A DNA stretch of 64,000 nucleotides from an uncultured Candidatus Saccharibacteria bacterium (GTDB lineage Bacteria > Patescibacteriota > Saccharimonadia > Saccharimonadales > Saccharimonadaceae): positions 7,373 through 71,372 of the forward strand of contig CAZRGZ010000004.1 in assembly GCA_964599775.1 (NCBI GenBank), written 5' to 3'. Position numbers and translations under genes: made by a program. The notes beneath the pieces were generated by a model. It had not been told where the DNA came from. It did not search any database and worked only from the letters and a program-made list of their open reading frames with translations. This document shows, piece after piece, positions 1 through 8,590 of this stretch (positions are counted from its first letter, which is position 1; each line of letters begins with the position of its first letter).

Positions 1-168
1 GCTTGGTTTAGGCTTATGACATGATTGTACCGTTTACACCGCTATTTTGCCATATCTGGCATAAGCACCCCGACAGAAAATCCGACCCTTTCAACTAAAA
101 AGAAAAAATCGGTTGGGGGAAATTCAAAAATGATTCAAGGGGCGGAATTTCCTCGAAAAGTTCGTTTT

Positions 169-244
169 TGGTACCCCGGGAGGGAATCGAACCCCCGACC
201 AAAAGCTTAGAAGTCTCTTGCTCTATCCACTGAGCTACCGGGGC
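169..244 (-). tRNA. tRNA-Arg (anticodon TCT)
   Basis: Cloverleaf read by eye on the minus strand: acceptor GCCCCGG, D-arm GCTCAGTGGATAGAGC, anticodon loop CT-TCT-AA, T-arm GGGGGTTCGATTCCCTC, genomically encoded CCA. Confidence 0.85.
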
Positions 245-281
245 AGATGCTGTTTTAGCATTGAAACTACACCTCGAATAC

Positions 282-343
282 CTCAGTGGATAGAGCGGCT
301 AATCGTTATTTGGCCGTTTCACTTGGCACTGAGCTACCGGGGC
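282..343. repeat. Scrambled partial copy of the tRNA-Arg 5' half
   Basis: CACTGAGCTACCGGGGC at 327-343 repeats 228-244 (first 17 nt of the tRNA, same orientation). CTCAGTGGATAGAGC at 282-296 is the D-arm in inverted orientation. Confidence 0.7.
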
Positions 344-390
344 GCAGCACATATATTATAACAGATGCGCAGCTAAATGCAGAGGTTGCG

Positions 391-738
391 CTACTTAAGG
401 CGGCCAAGGTGGGTGTGGTGAAAGCTGTCGCTGTGCTTCAGGCCGTAGCCAAACGCCCGATCGACAAAAATATGGAAAAACCATAGAAGACTGATGAAAA
501 GGATAATCTGATTGTGGGTGGGGAAATAAGAACTCAAGAGGAGCGTGGGGCCGATAAGGCTATGAGCAAGGTTGTAAGTGAAGGCGCCAATACGAGTGTT
601 GAAGAGGTAGCCCAAGGCACTAATATCGAAGGCTAAAAAGAACACGAGTAGCCAATACCACTCAAAGCCAGCAGCAAGATAAGCGACGATGGTAGCGAGG
701 CTGGCGAGGATGTATTCGGTTTTGAGGAGGTATTTCAT
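391..738 (-). CDS. DUF4260-like small membrane protein
   Basis: Track ORF 391..909 trimmed to the internal ATG (MKYLLKTEY...). Several hydrophobic helices and a GYLFN..GAFTYNLAHS motif resemble DUF4260. The upstream 57 aa of the track ORF look non-coding. Confidence 0.55.
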   Translation of the reverse strand: MKYLLKTEYILASLATIVAYLAAGFEWYWLLVFFLAFDISALGYLFNTRIGAFTYNLAHSLIGPTLLLSSYFPTHNQIILFISLLWFFHIFVDRAFGYGLKHSDSFHHTHLGRLK

Positions 739-933
739 GGTGACAATTGCCTCTTGAGGTATCTTCCTTATTTTATCAGATATGTAGCTAATATCATGCT
801 CAAAATAAACTTCTGCGTATGACACTCGTTCATGAACCCACGGCTTGCGCCAGCAAGCTGACGCACTGTGACTCCAGTTCATTATGTCATCCCAAGTTAA
901 AAATCCCACTCGCAGGGAGTGAGATTTTTAACT

Positions 934-1011
934 TGGGGCGAATGATGGGAATTGAACCCACGGCCTTCGGAGCCACAACCCGACGCTCTAACCGACTGAG
1001 CTACATTCGCC
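934..1011 (-). tRNA. tRNA-His (anticodon GTG)
   Basis: Minus strand: extra G-1 opposite C73, acceptor GCGAATG/CATTCGC, anticodon loop TT-GTG-GC, T-arm GTGGGTTCAATTCCCAT, encoded CCA. Confidence 0.85.
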
Positions 1012-1109
1012 ATAGCTTTTGCAAGTGGTATTATAGCAAATTTTAGGCAAAATGTACAGGGTCTTTGTGCTTTCGACAGCGGTCAAACTGTGGTATACTG
1101 TAGATATCT

Positions 1110-1184
1110 GCGGGTGTCGTATAATGGCTAATATACCTGCCTTCCAAGCAAGTGATGCGAGTTCGATTCTCGCCACCCGCACCA
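1110..1184 (+). tRNA. tRNA-Gly (anticodon TCC)
   Basis: GCGGGTG acceptor, anticodon stem-loop CCTGC-CTTCCAA-GCAAG, T-arm GCGAGTTCGATTCTCGC, CACCCGC-A-CCA. Confidence 0.9.
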
Positions 1185-1222
1185 ATGTATTAATATCATT
1201 TTAATGGTATTAATACATTGGT
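1181..1222 (+). terminator. Hairpin directly after tRNA-Gly
   Basis: 15-bp perfect inverted repeat ACCAATGTATTAATA / TATTAATACATTGGT overlapping the CCA end. Confidence 0.6.
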
Positions 1223-1268
1223 ATGTATGACGAGACCTGAACTCGCATCAGCGAACAAAGTGAGCGCT

Positions 1269-1637
1269 CTATCCTTTCATATCCAGATCTGGTAATTGCT
1301 TCACCTTGTGGTAATTGAGCGTCGCTGCGATACATTGCTTCAGTTTTGCATCCGGAACCTTATCGTTCATGTCAAACACAATGGCACGATCTTTCTCGTA
1401 TTTAAATAAGTCGTCAAACACCTTCTTAAACGTCGGCACAAGCTTACTAGTGCACTTGAAATATACTGCGTACTGCTCGGGCGCGCGCATTTTCCAGTCC
1501 ATTCGTAGCGTGCTGCCATGCTTCGTCAAGAAGCTCGGTTCACCCCATTTTAGAGTCTCCTCTAGCTCTGTGATACCTTCCATCTCACGAGCAGTTTCGT
1601 GAACGAGCTGTCGAAGATGCTTCATCTTCTTTTGCAC
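1269..1637 (-). CDS. DUF1801 (YdhG-like) domain protein
   Basis: 122-aa ORF. The LKWGEPSF...YFKC...KDRAIVF pattern is typical of the DUF1801 family as I recall it. Confidence 0.55.
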   Translation of the reverse strand: MQKKMKHLRQLVHETAREMEGITELEETLKWGEPSFLTKHGSTLRMDWKMRAPEQYAVYFKCTSKLVPTFKKVFDDLFKYEKDRAIVFDMNDKVPDAKLKQCIAATLNYHKVKQLPDLDMKG

Positions 1638-1763
1638 TTTAGATGGGTATTCTTTGAAGTGCTTCGTGAATGCCGGATCCGTTTTTATTTTTAGCCCTTT
1701 TATATAATAAGTATACTGTCATATGCGCTGTGATGTAAATGTTTGCGAGCGCAAGGTGCAAGC

Positions 1764-3581
1764 CTAACGATGAGTCAAGCGTTGGCGCACCATGAGTGCA
1801 CTGACGAGCCCGATTACTAACATAAATAAACCAGTAAAAGCAGCCCATGGAATATTGTCGCCAGTATCGGCAAGTGTTCCACTGGGATTGCTTGGATCTA
1901 AGGGTTCGGACGGATAGGTAGGCATGACTACATTGTTGCTAAATTCTGAGGTGTTGCCGTCGGCATCAGTTGCAGTGGCGCTCACGTACTGCCCATCTTG
2001 CACATTTACGTCAAAAGTAAAGTGGAATGTGGAAATACCGCTCGCATCAGTGGTGATCTCGCCGCTGCCAATCCATGTTTGACCTTCACCATGGCCGGAT
2101 GGGTCGATGGTTTCGTTGACGTAGAAGTCGAGCATAAAAGTTTGGCTGGCAGGCCCTTCATATGTGCCCTGCACAACTGCCGAGCCTGGCTCGAACCCGG
2201 TGATGGTGGGGTAATTTAGTAAATTATTTGGTCCGCTGCGTACTTCACCGGCTGGGGCGTTTGGCGTCACGCCGTCGCCAAAGAAGTCGCCGGTGGTAAG
2301 ATCAATGCCGAGACCGCCGTTGTTGTAGATAGCATTGCGGCGAATGGTCATGCCGAGTGGATCGGCGCCGGATCCGTTCGTCACCGAGACGCCAGCTGCG
2401 CCATTGTCTCTAATTTCGTTGCCCATAATGACGTAGTCGTTCGTGCCGGCGTTGCAGTTACTTGGAGAGGTGATGCTGATGCCCGACTCTGCATAGTTGG
2501 CTATCAGGTTGCCTTCGCCAGGATCCAAGCTACCTATTTGTACACCTGTGGCGCATGCGGTATTTATGCCCGTGTTGGTGCCGCCAAGCGGGGAGCCATC
2601 AGGCGTAACGCCAATTTGGTTGCCAACAATCAGTGTATCGTGGGATGTCTCTTGTGTTGCTGCACTATACGAGGAGACGTTAATACCGCGGCCATAGTTG
2701 GCGACAAGGTTATCCCTCACAGTGGTGCCGGAGGCATTAATATCGACGAAAACGCCGCTTGAGGTGGCGCCTGCAGCACCAATACTATCGACATTGTCGT
2801 TATTTGTGCCAATGATATTAGATTCGACCACGGCGTCGGTGGTGTTGCGAACAAATACTGCTCGGTAATAGGAGCCGACTATATTGTTGCGGATTATCGC
2901 ATTGCTTGCGCCAGAAATTTCGAGTCCTCGGCTCGCACCGCTGTCGCCAAGCCCGGTAGTTCCGGCATTATCGGTGCCGACGATGTTGTATTCGTATAAG
3001 ACGTTAGGCGTATTGGTGGCCACAACTGCGTGAGTGCGATTGCTCGAACAAGGGATAGGAATCCCTGGAGGTGGGCAGATGTATTGGCTAATGCGGTTGA
3101 TGGCGATGCCACGAATGGTGACGTCGGAGGTGTTGTTGATCCGAAGCCCTGCATCAGTTGAGGAGAGGCCTTTTGGCTCGGCTATGCTTCCCGTATAGTC
3201 ACCACGAATCTCGATCATAGAGGTGAGCGAATTGATAGCGCAGTCGCTACCTGCCTGGCTACAGCCGTCGATTGTCATGGGGGTTACGATGTGCGGTAGC
3301 CCACCAATTTCATCTGGATCGCTCGGGTTGACCCCTTCACGAATGTAGTTGATGCTGTGCGGGCCGGCACCTGGAATGTTAAATTCGATGGTGTCGTGAT
3401 CTGGCGTAGCGTTAGCATCGACGATTGCTTGGTAAAGCGACCCAGCGCCGTCTGCATTCGTATTAGTGACGGTAAAAGTTGCCGCGCTTGCAGTGTTTGC
3501 ACCGAGTAGGGTAATAATGGCTGCCGCGGTAACACCCGCAAAAATGACCAGTGGCCGGGGTATGTTTATAGTTATCCTCAC
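1764..3581 (-). CDS. Secreted right-handed beta-helix repeat protein with LADTG sorting signal
   Basis: Signal peptide (VIFAGVTAAAIITLLGANTASA) and repeated N-N-I-V/I-G-type parallel beta-helix turns. The C-terminal LADTG (1860-1874) is followed by a hydrophobic helix and an RQRLTHR tail. GTG start with AAGGAGAGG SD. Confidence 0.8.
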   Translation of the reverse strand: MRITINIPRPLVIFAGVTAAAIITLLGANTASAATFTVTNTNADGAGSLYQAIVDANATPDHDTIEFNIPGAGPHSINYIREGVNPSDPDEIGGLPHIVTPMTIDGCSQAGSDCAINSLTSMIEIRGDYTGSIAEPKGLSSTDAGLRINNTSDVTIRGIAINRISQYICPPPGIPIPCSSNRTHAVVATNTPNVLYEYNIVGTDNAGTTGLGDSGASRGLEISGASNAIIRNNIVGSYYRAVFVRNTTDAVVESNIIGTNNDNVDSIGAAGATSSGVFVDINASGTTVRDNLVANYGRGINVSSYSAATQETSHDTLIVGNQIGVTPDGSPLGGTNTGINTACATGVQIGSLDPGEGNLIANYAESGISITSPSNCNAGTNDYVIMGNEIRDNGAAGVSVTNGSGADPLGMTIRRNAIYNNGGLGIDLTTGDFFGDGVTPNAPAGEVRSGPNNLLNYPTITGFEPGSAVVQGTYEGPASQTFMLDFYVNETIDPSGHGEGQTWIGSGEITTDASGISTFHFTFDVNVQDGQYVSATATDADGNTSEFSNNVVMPTYPSEPLDPSNPSGTLADTGDNIPWAAFTGLFMLVIGLVSALMVRQRLTHR

Positions 3582-3654
3582 ATCCTCTCCTTTTTGTTTG
3601 TTAGCTCGTATACCCCCATTTTAGCCAAAGCGCTTATGGCTGTATTGTAAAAAA

Positions 3655-4587
3655 TTACCCTTTGGTGGAGAGGTCGGTGTGCACCCATTCATCAGCTGGT
3701 TTATTAACACGCATAACAGTCGAGAACCATTCTGTCGGTGTGAGACCGGTGAAGCTTTTAAAAAGTTTTATAAAGTGGCTTTGGTCGTAAAGGCCGAGTT
3801 CGGCGGCGACCTCTCGCCAGTTCACTGGTGGTGATGATTGGTTGATGAAATCGATAAGCCGCGAAATGACATACACGTGCGATAAACTTTTGGGCGTGAG
3901 GCCGGTGTATTTTGTGGCTAAAGTATGCAGCCCTCGTTTAGTGACGCCCACTTGTGCCGCTACTTCATCCAAGCTTATGCTGGTATCCTTGGCAAGTATA
4001 TTGCACATGGTCCTGAGGTGGGTGAGGTCGGGCTCTGGAAGTGGCGTAATTGTATGGTTAAGGTAGGCCTCGAGAATAGCGAGACGGTCCGCGGGCAGCG
4101 CCTGCATGAGGCTTGTCCGCAGTTGAGCGACATGCGGGAATATCCCACTAGCGTTAATGATCCGGTTTGTGAAAGGCGTTGTGTGCGTAAAAGCGGGTAG
4201 GGCAAAGGGCTCGAAATAGACGCCGATAGAGGTGTTGTTATGTAGCCGCCCAAAACGCACCGGCTTAGTGTGTAGGTGATAAATTTTATTAAAGGCTGAT
4301 GTTTTTGCGATGGTATGCCCTTTGCGGTCAAGATAGTACGCGGCGACGGGCGTGTCGGTGAGATTGATGATTAAATGACAGTTGGGGTGCGGAAGAATAA
4401 CTCTTCCTTCGTCGGCAGATAAGCCTTCGCAATGAAAAAGCCGCTCCACATAGCCATATAGCTTCGATGTATTGTTTATCTGCTTTCGCTGTTCCCTCAT
4501 TTCGTTAATAGTGTACCTGAAAGCGTCGCTATTGGCTAATCGCGCACTCTCTTGTACCATTGTTTCAGTATAATAATTGCCTAGCAT
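3655..4587 (-). CDS. AraC-family transcriptional regulator
   Basis: C-terminal double HTH (SLDEVAAQVGVTKRGLHTLATKYTGLTPKS ... WREVAAELGLYDQSHFIKLFKSFTGLTPTEW). Confidence 0.85.
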   Translation of the reverse strand: MLGNYYTETMVQESARLANSDAFRYTINEMREQRKQINNTSKLYGYVERLFHCEGLSADEGRVILPHPNCHLIINLTDTPVAAYYLDRKGHTIAKTSAFNKIYHLHTKPVRFGRLHNNTSIGVYFEPFALPAFTHTTPFTNRIINASGIFPHVAQLRTSLMQALPADRLAILEAYLNHTITPLPEPDLTHLRTMCNILAKDTSISLDEVAAQVGVTKRGLHTLATKYTGLTPKSLSHVYVISRLIDFINQSSPPVNWREVAAELGLYDQSHFIKLFKSFTGLTPTEWFSTVMRVNKPADEWVHTDLSTKG

Positions 4588-4651
4588 GAAACCATAAGCA
4601 AAATATGCTACACTAAAGTAAACAAGTGTCTACTGCGAGGATACGAAAGTA

Positions 4652-5293
4652 ATGAGATACCACTACCAAATTGGCGCGACCAAAGACAAGAAGGGGATTG
4701 GCAAAGGTAAAATTGCCTTTTTTGTGTTGATTGTGCTGCCAATACTGGGCTACGTTGGCTTTTTAATGGCTTTGCCTAGTGTGGGTGGTTGGCCGCTCCG
4801 TGGGGGCGAGGAAGTGGTGAACACGGTACGTTCGGTAGAGCCAGGCGCGAACGGCAACAAACTATACATTCCACAAGTAAATGTTGCGCTTGATCTTGAT
4901 TCGCGCGATGTACAACGTGAAGGTGAGTTTGGTGCGGGCAAATCAGCCAGTATAAGCGCTGTCAAGTTCGCATTTGGGGTCACGCCAAACCATATTCTAG
5001 AGGCCTCGCCATTCTACCGCTTGGCAGAGTTAGGTGTGGGGGATGAATTTTACGTCGATTACGATGGCACGCGCTACGCCTACAGGGTCAGCGATGAAGT
5101 GACGGCGGAATCGCGGCTCGTGCTTTCAACGAAAGATGAAAGCGTGGCGGTGAATGCTGAGCCAATTGGCATTGTCGCCTGGAACGGTGGGCAGCCACGT
5201 ATAGAAGCGCAAACACCGGAGGTAGAACCAGCCGCCGAGGAAGAGATTGACCCTTCTTCAGCGGCTGAGATGTTTGTGAATGATCAACTGTAA
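4652..5293 (+). CDS. Sortase-like membrane-anchored protein lacking the catalytic Cys
   Basis: N-terminal TM helix. LYIPQVNVALDL, ...TPNHILE...FYRLAELGVGDEFYV..YAYRV... follow the sortase beta-barrel pattern, but the position of the TLxTC motif reads RLVLSTKD and the mature part has no Cys. Confidence 0.45.
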   Translation: MRYHYQIGATKDKKGIGKGKIAFFVLIVLPILGYVGFLMALPSVGGWPLRGGEEVVNTVRSVEPGANGNKLYIPQVNVALDLDSRDVQREGEFGAGKSASISAVKFAFGVTPNHILEASPFYRLAELGVGDEFYVDYDGTRYAYRVSDEVTAESRLVLSTKDESVAVNAEPIGIVAWNGGQPRIEAQTPEVEPAAEEEIDPSSAAEMFVNDQL

Positions 5294-5320
5294 GAACGTA
5301 TTTTTCGCTCCATCTAGCTC

Positions 5321-5443
5321 ACCCGCCTTTTGATTCATAATCACAGACTGTTACACGCCAGGTACATTCTCGGGCCATCCGGCTCCGGGAATTAACTTGG
5401 GTTGCACATGCATTTAGTCTGTTCTTATGAATCAAAAGGCGGG
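5321..5443. repeat. 123-bp palindromic element (29-bp arms)
   Basis: ACCCGCCTTTTGATTCATAATCACAGACT (5321-5349) versus the reverse complement of AGTCTGTTCTTATGAATCAAAAGGCGGGT (5415-5443), with 2 mismatches and a 65-nt loop. It lies between convergent genes. Confidence 0.75.
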
Positions 5444-5490
5444 TTCTGAATCGCCATCGATGATTATACCTCCTTTAAGCGTCGTGCAGC

Positions 5491-5536
5491 CCAGGATTTT
5501 CCGGCCTTTACTGTGTAATGGTCCGAAAAATCCTGG
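5491..5536. terminator. Second intergenic hairpin
   Basis: CCAGGATTTTCCGG / CCGAAAAATCCTGG, 13 of 14 paired, between convergent genes. Confidence 0.45.
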
Positions 5537-5589
5537 AGCGTGGGCGGTCTGTTTGGCGAAGGGAGGGTGAAGGCGAACAAAGTGGGCTA

Positions 5590-7122
5590 TCAAATCTCCC
5601 GGAAAGTCTCGATTTCTGCCCCAATAGTGTTTAAACGCTCGGCTAGGTCTTCGTACCCCCGGGTAATGGAATAAATATTACGCAACACCGAGGTGCCAGG
5701 GGCGGCGAGCATCCCAAGTAGTATGACAACCGCAGGCCGCAGCGCCGGCGGGCAAATAACTTCGGCCGACTTCCAGCGAGTGGGGCCTTCTATATAAATA
5801 CGGTGCGGGTCCACCATTTGCACGTTGGCATTGAGCTTCGTAAGTTCGGTAAAGTAAATAGCGCGGTTTTCGTATACCCAGTCATGAATCATGGTGCGGC
5901 CTTCGGCCACAGCGGCGATGTTGGCAAAGAATGGCAAATTATCAATATTCAAACCAGGGAAAGGCATGGGGTGGATTTTGTCTTTTGGCGCCCGTAGTTC
6001 AGATGGTTTCACCGTAATATCTACCAACCGAGTTTGCTGATTACGCGCCTTGTATTCATCGCTGCGCTCATACTGTAGCCCCATGTCATCGAGCATTTGT
6101 AGCTCAATTTCCATAAATTCAATCGGCACACGCTGCACGGTAATTTCGGAGTGCGTCACGATGCCAGCGGTAATTAAGCTCATTGCCTCGATCGGGTCTT
6201 CGCTAGGGTAGTATTCTACATTAGTATTAATATTTTTCACACCGGTGATCTTTAGTGTGGTGGTACCAATACCTTCAATTTTTACCCCGAGTTTTTGCAG
6301 GAAGAAACAGAGGTCCTGCACCATGTAGTTAGGGCTGGCGTTGCGGATGATGGTGGTTTCTTCGAATTTGGCGGCGGCCATGAGCAAGTTTTCGGTCACA
6401 GTGTCGCCGCGTTCGGTGAGGATGATTGCCTTTTGGGCCGGGTGCCGCTGCACGGTTGATTCATAGAACCCCACATTGCACATGGCATCTACCTCAAGCC
6501 CAAAGTGTTTTAGGCCATCGAGGTGCGGCTCCACCGTGCGCTTGCCAAGGTTACAACCACCGGCGTAGGGTAGGCTAAATTCGTCAAATAAATGCAGCAG
6601 CGGGCCAAGGAACATTATCACCGTACGGGTTTTGCGGGCGGCTTCTAGGTCCATGTCTTGCAGCCGTAATTTGGCTGGCGGGGTGATTTCAAGGTCGTTT
6701 TGCTCGTTCAGCCAGCGAGTTTTTACCCCAATGCTGTTTAATACTTCAATAATACGGTTTACTTCTTCAATACGCGCCACGCGGCGAAGCGTAGTGGTGC
6801 CTTTGTTCAGCAGCGACGCACAAAGCAAGGCCACGGCAGCATTCTTGCTCGTCTTGACCTCAATGCTACCAGATAGCTTCTTACCCCCGTGCACACGGAG
6901 GTTTAGGGTGCCCGGTTTTTTCAGGCTCACAATCTCGCTATTTAGCACATCGCTAATACGCGCCAGCATTTCCATGCTCAGGTTCTGCCCACCATTTTCT
7001 ATGCGGTTAATGGCACTTTGGCTGGTGCCCAGCGCTTTCGCCATCTCTGTTTGAGTCATGCCGCGCTCTTGGCGGTTCTTTTGAATTAACTTACCAATCT
7101 TTTCCTTGTACGTTGTTTCCAT
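5590..7122 (-). CDS. murA: XRE-type HTH domain fused to UDP-N-acetylglucosamine 1-carboxyvinyltransferase
   Basis: The first ~70 aa read IGKLIQKNRQERGMTQTEMAKALGTSQSAINRIENGGQNLSMEML (Cro/C1 HTH). The remainder is full-length MurA (GSIEVKTSKNAAVALL, active-site GGCNLGKRTVEPHLDGL). Start taken at METTYKEK (7122), where TATAAT ends 7 nt upstream; the alternative start at 7161 adds 13 aa. Confidence 0.85.
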   Translation of the reverse strand: METTYKEKIGKLIQKNRQERGMTQTEMAKALGTSQSAINRIENGGQNLSMEMLARISDVLNSEIVSLKKPGTLNLRVHGGKKLSGSIEVKTSKNAAVALLCASLLNKGTTTLRRVARIEEVNRIIEVLNSIGVKTRWLNEQNDLEITPPAKLRLQDMDLEAARKTRTVIMFLGPLLHLFDEFSLPYAGGCNLGKRTVEPHLDGLKHFGLEVDAMCNVGFYESTVQRHPAQKAIILTERGDTVTENLLMAAAKFEETTIIRNASPNYMVQDLCFFLQKLGVKIEGIGTTTLKITGVKNINTNVEYYPSEDPIEAMSLITAGIVTHSEITVQRVPIEFMEIELQMLDDMGLQYERSDEYKARNQQTRLVDITVKPSELRAPKDKIHPMPFPGLNIDNLPFFANIAAVAEGRTMIHDWVYENRAIYFTELTKLNANVQMVDPHRIYIEGPTRWKSAEVICPPALRPAVVILLGMLAAPGTSVLRNIYSITRGYEDLAERLNTIGAEIETFREI

Positions 7123-7261
7123 GCCACTTATTATAGCATATGTGATATACACTGCAACCATTTTAGGCTTTGTTTTTCTCAGCTTTCGGGGTAAAATATA
7201 AGCATGATCTAGCTATTTATCGTTCACCACTACACACCACTTATAACCATGGAGATTCCCG

Positions 7262-8539
7262 ATGAACGATACGACTATTGCAAAACTTATCCAGGCCGAA
7301 GAAGCACGCCAGCTGGCGGGCCTCGAGCTTATTCCATCTGAAAATTATGTCAGCCGCGATGTATTGACGGCGCTAGGCAGCGTACTAACCAATAAATATT
7401 CCGAAGGCTATCCCCAGCGGCGCTACTACGGCGGGCAGGAAAACACCGACCAAATAGAGCAAATCGCTATAGACCGCGCCAAGGCGCTATTTGGTGCCGA
7501 CCACGCCAACGTACAGCCACACTCTGGCGCGCAGGCCAATGAATCTGCCTACCATGCGTGGCTAGAGCCGGGCGACACCGTGCTGGCGATGGATTTGGGG
7601 CATGGTGGCCATCTCACACACGGACACCCCGTAACGGTGTTGGCGCGCCAGTACAACTTCATCCGCTACGGCATGAAAAATGTAGAAACGGGCGAGATAG
7701 ACTACGACCAACTGCGTGAACTCGCCCTAAAACACAAGCCAAAAATCATCCTGGCGGGCTTTTCTGCCTACCCGCGCGAGCTCGACTACGCCAAATTTGC
7801 TGAAATAGGCAACGAAGTTGGCGCCGTGCTAATGGCCGACATGGCGCACATCGCCGGGCTCATTGTGGCCGGCGTAGCCAAAAACCCGTTCGACTACGGT
7901 TTCCACATCATTACCACCACCACGCACAAAACCCTGCGCGGCCCACGCGGTGGTATGATTTTAAGCCGCGGTGTAGTAGGTAACCCGCTGAAGAAGCCAG
8001 AAAAAACAGTAGAAAATTTGCCCACCCTTATAGACCGCACTGTTTTCCCCGGCGTGCAAGGCGGCCCGCACATGAACACCATCGCCGCCAAAGCCGTGGC
8101 ATTTGGCGAAGCCGCCACACCAGAATTTAAAGCTTACGCCCAGCAGACGCTCAAAAATGCCAAAAAGCTTGCCGAAGAACTCACCACTCGTGGCTTCAAG
8201 CTCGTCACCGGTGGCACCGACAACCACCTTATACTCGCCGACGTCCACGCCAGCTTTGGCGTACACGGCGGGGAAGTAGAAGCCGCACTAGATAAAATAG
8301 GCCTCAACGCCAACAAAAACGCCACGCCTGATGACACCCTACCACCCTTCCGCCCCAGCGGCCTCCGCCTCGGCACCCCGGCCATAACCACACGCGGCCT
8401 CACGGAAAGCCACATGACGCAAATTGCCGAGTGGATGAAGCAGGCTATAGATGCCCGCAATGATGAAAGCAAGCTTACTCAGCTACAGCAAGAAGTGACA
8501 GAGCTTGCGAAGCAGTTCCCGCTGCCGAGCTCACGGTAA
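7262..8539 (+). CDS. glyA: Serine hydroxymethyltransferase
   Basis: LELIPSENYVS, YSEGYPQRRYYGG and TTTTHKTLRGPRGG (PLP-lysine region), 425 aa. Confidence 0.95.
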   Translation: MNDTTIAKLIQAEEARQLAGLELIPSENYVSRDVLTALGSVLTNKYSEGYPQRRYYGGQENTDQIEQIAIDRAKALFGADHANVQPHSGAQANESAYHAWLEPGDTVLAMDLGHGGHLTHGHPVTVLARQYNFIRYGMKNVETGEIDYDQLRELALKHKPKIILAGFSAYPRELDYAKFAEIGNEVGAVLMADMAHIAGLIVAGVAKNPFDYGFHIITTTTHKTLRGPRGGMILSRGVVGNPLKKPEKTVENLPTLIDRTVFPGVQGGPHMNTIAAKAVAFGEAATPEFKAYAQQTLKNAKKLAEELTTRGFKLVTGGTDNHLILADVHASFGVHGGEVEAALDKIGLNANKNATPDDTLPPFRPSGLRLGTPAITTRGLTESHMTQIAEWMKQAIDARNDESKLTQLQQEVTELAKQFPLPSSR

Positions 8540-8590
8540 ACAAAGAAAGCGCCGAATAGCAATCGGCGCTTTTAATATCCTAGCCACTTC

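Noticed and set aside
286-486. 66-aa ORF 286..486 and 61-aa ORF 25..210.
   Set aside because: They overlap tRNA-Arg or its fragments and the 3' end of the DUF4260 gene. Neither has an SD or a recognisable motif.
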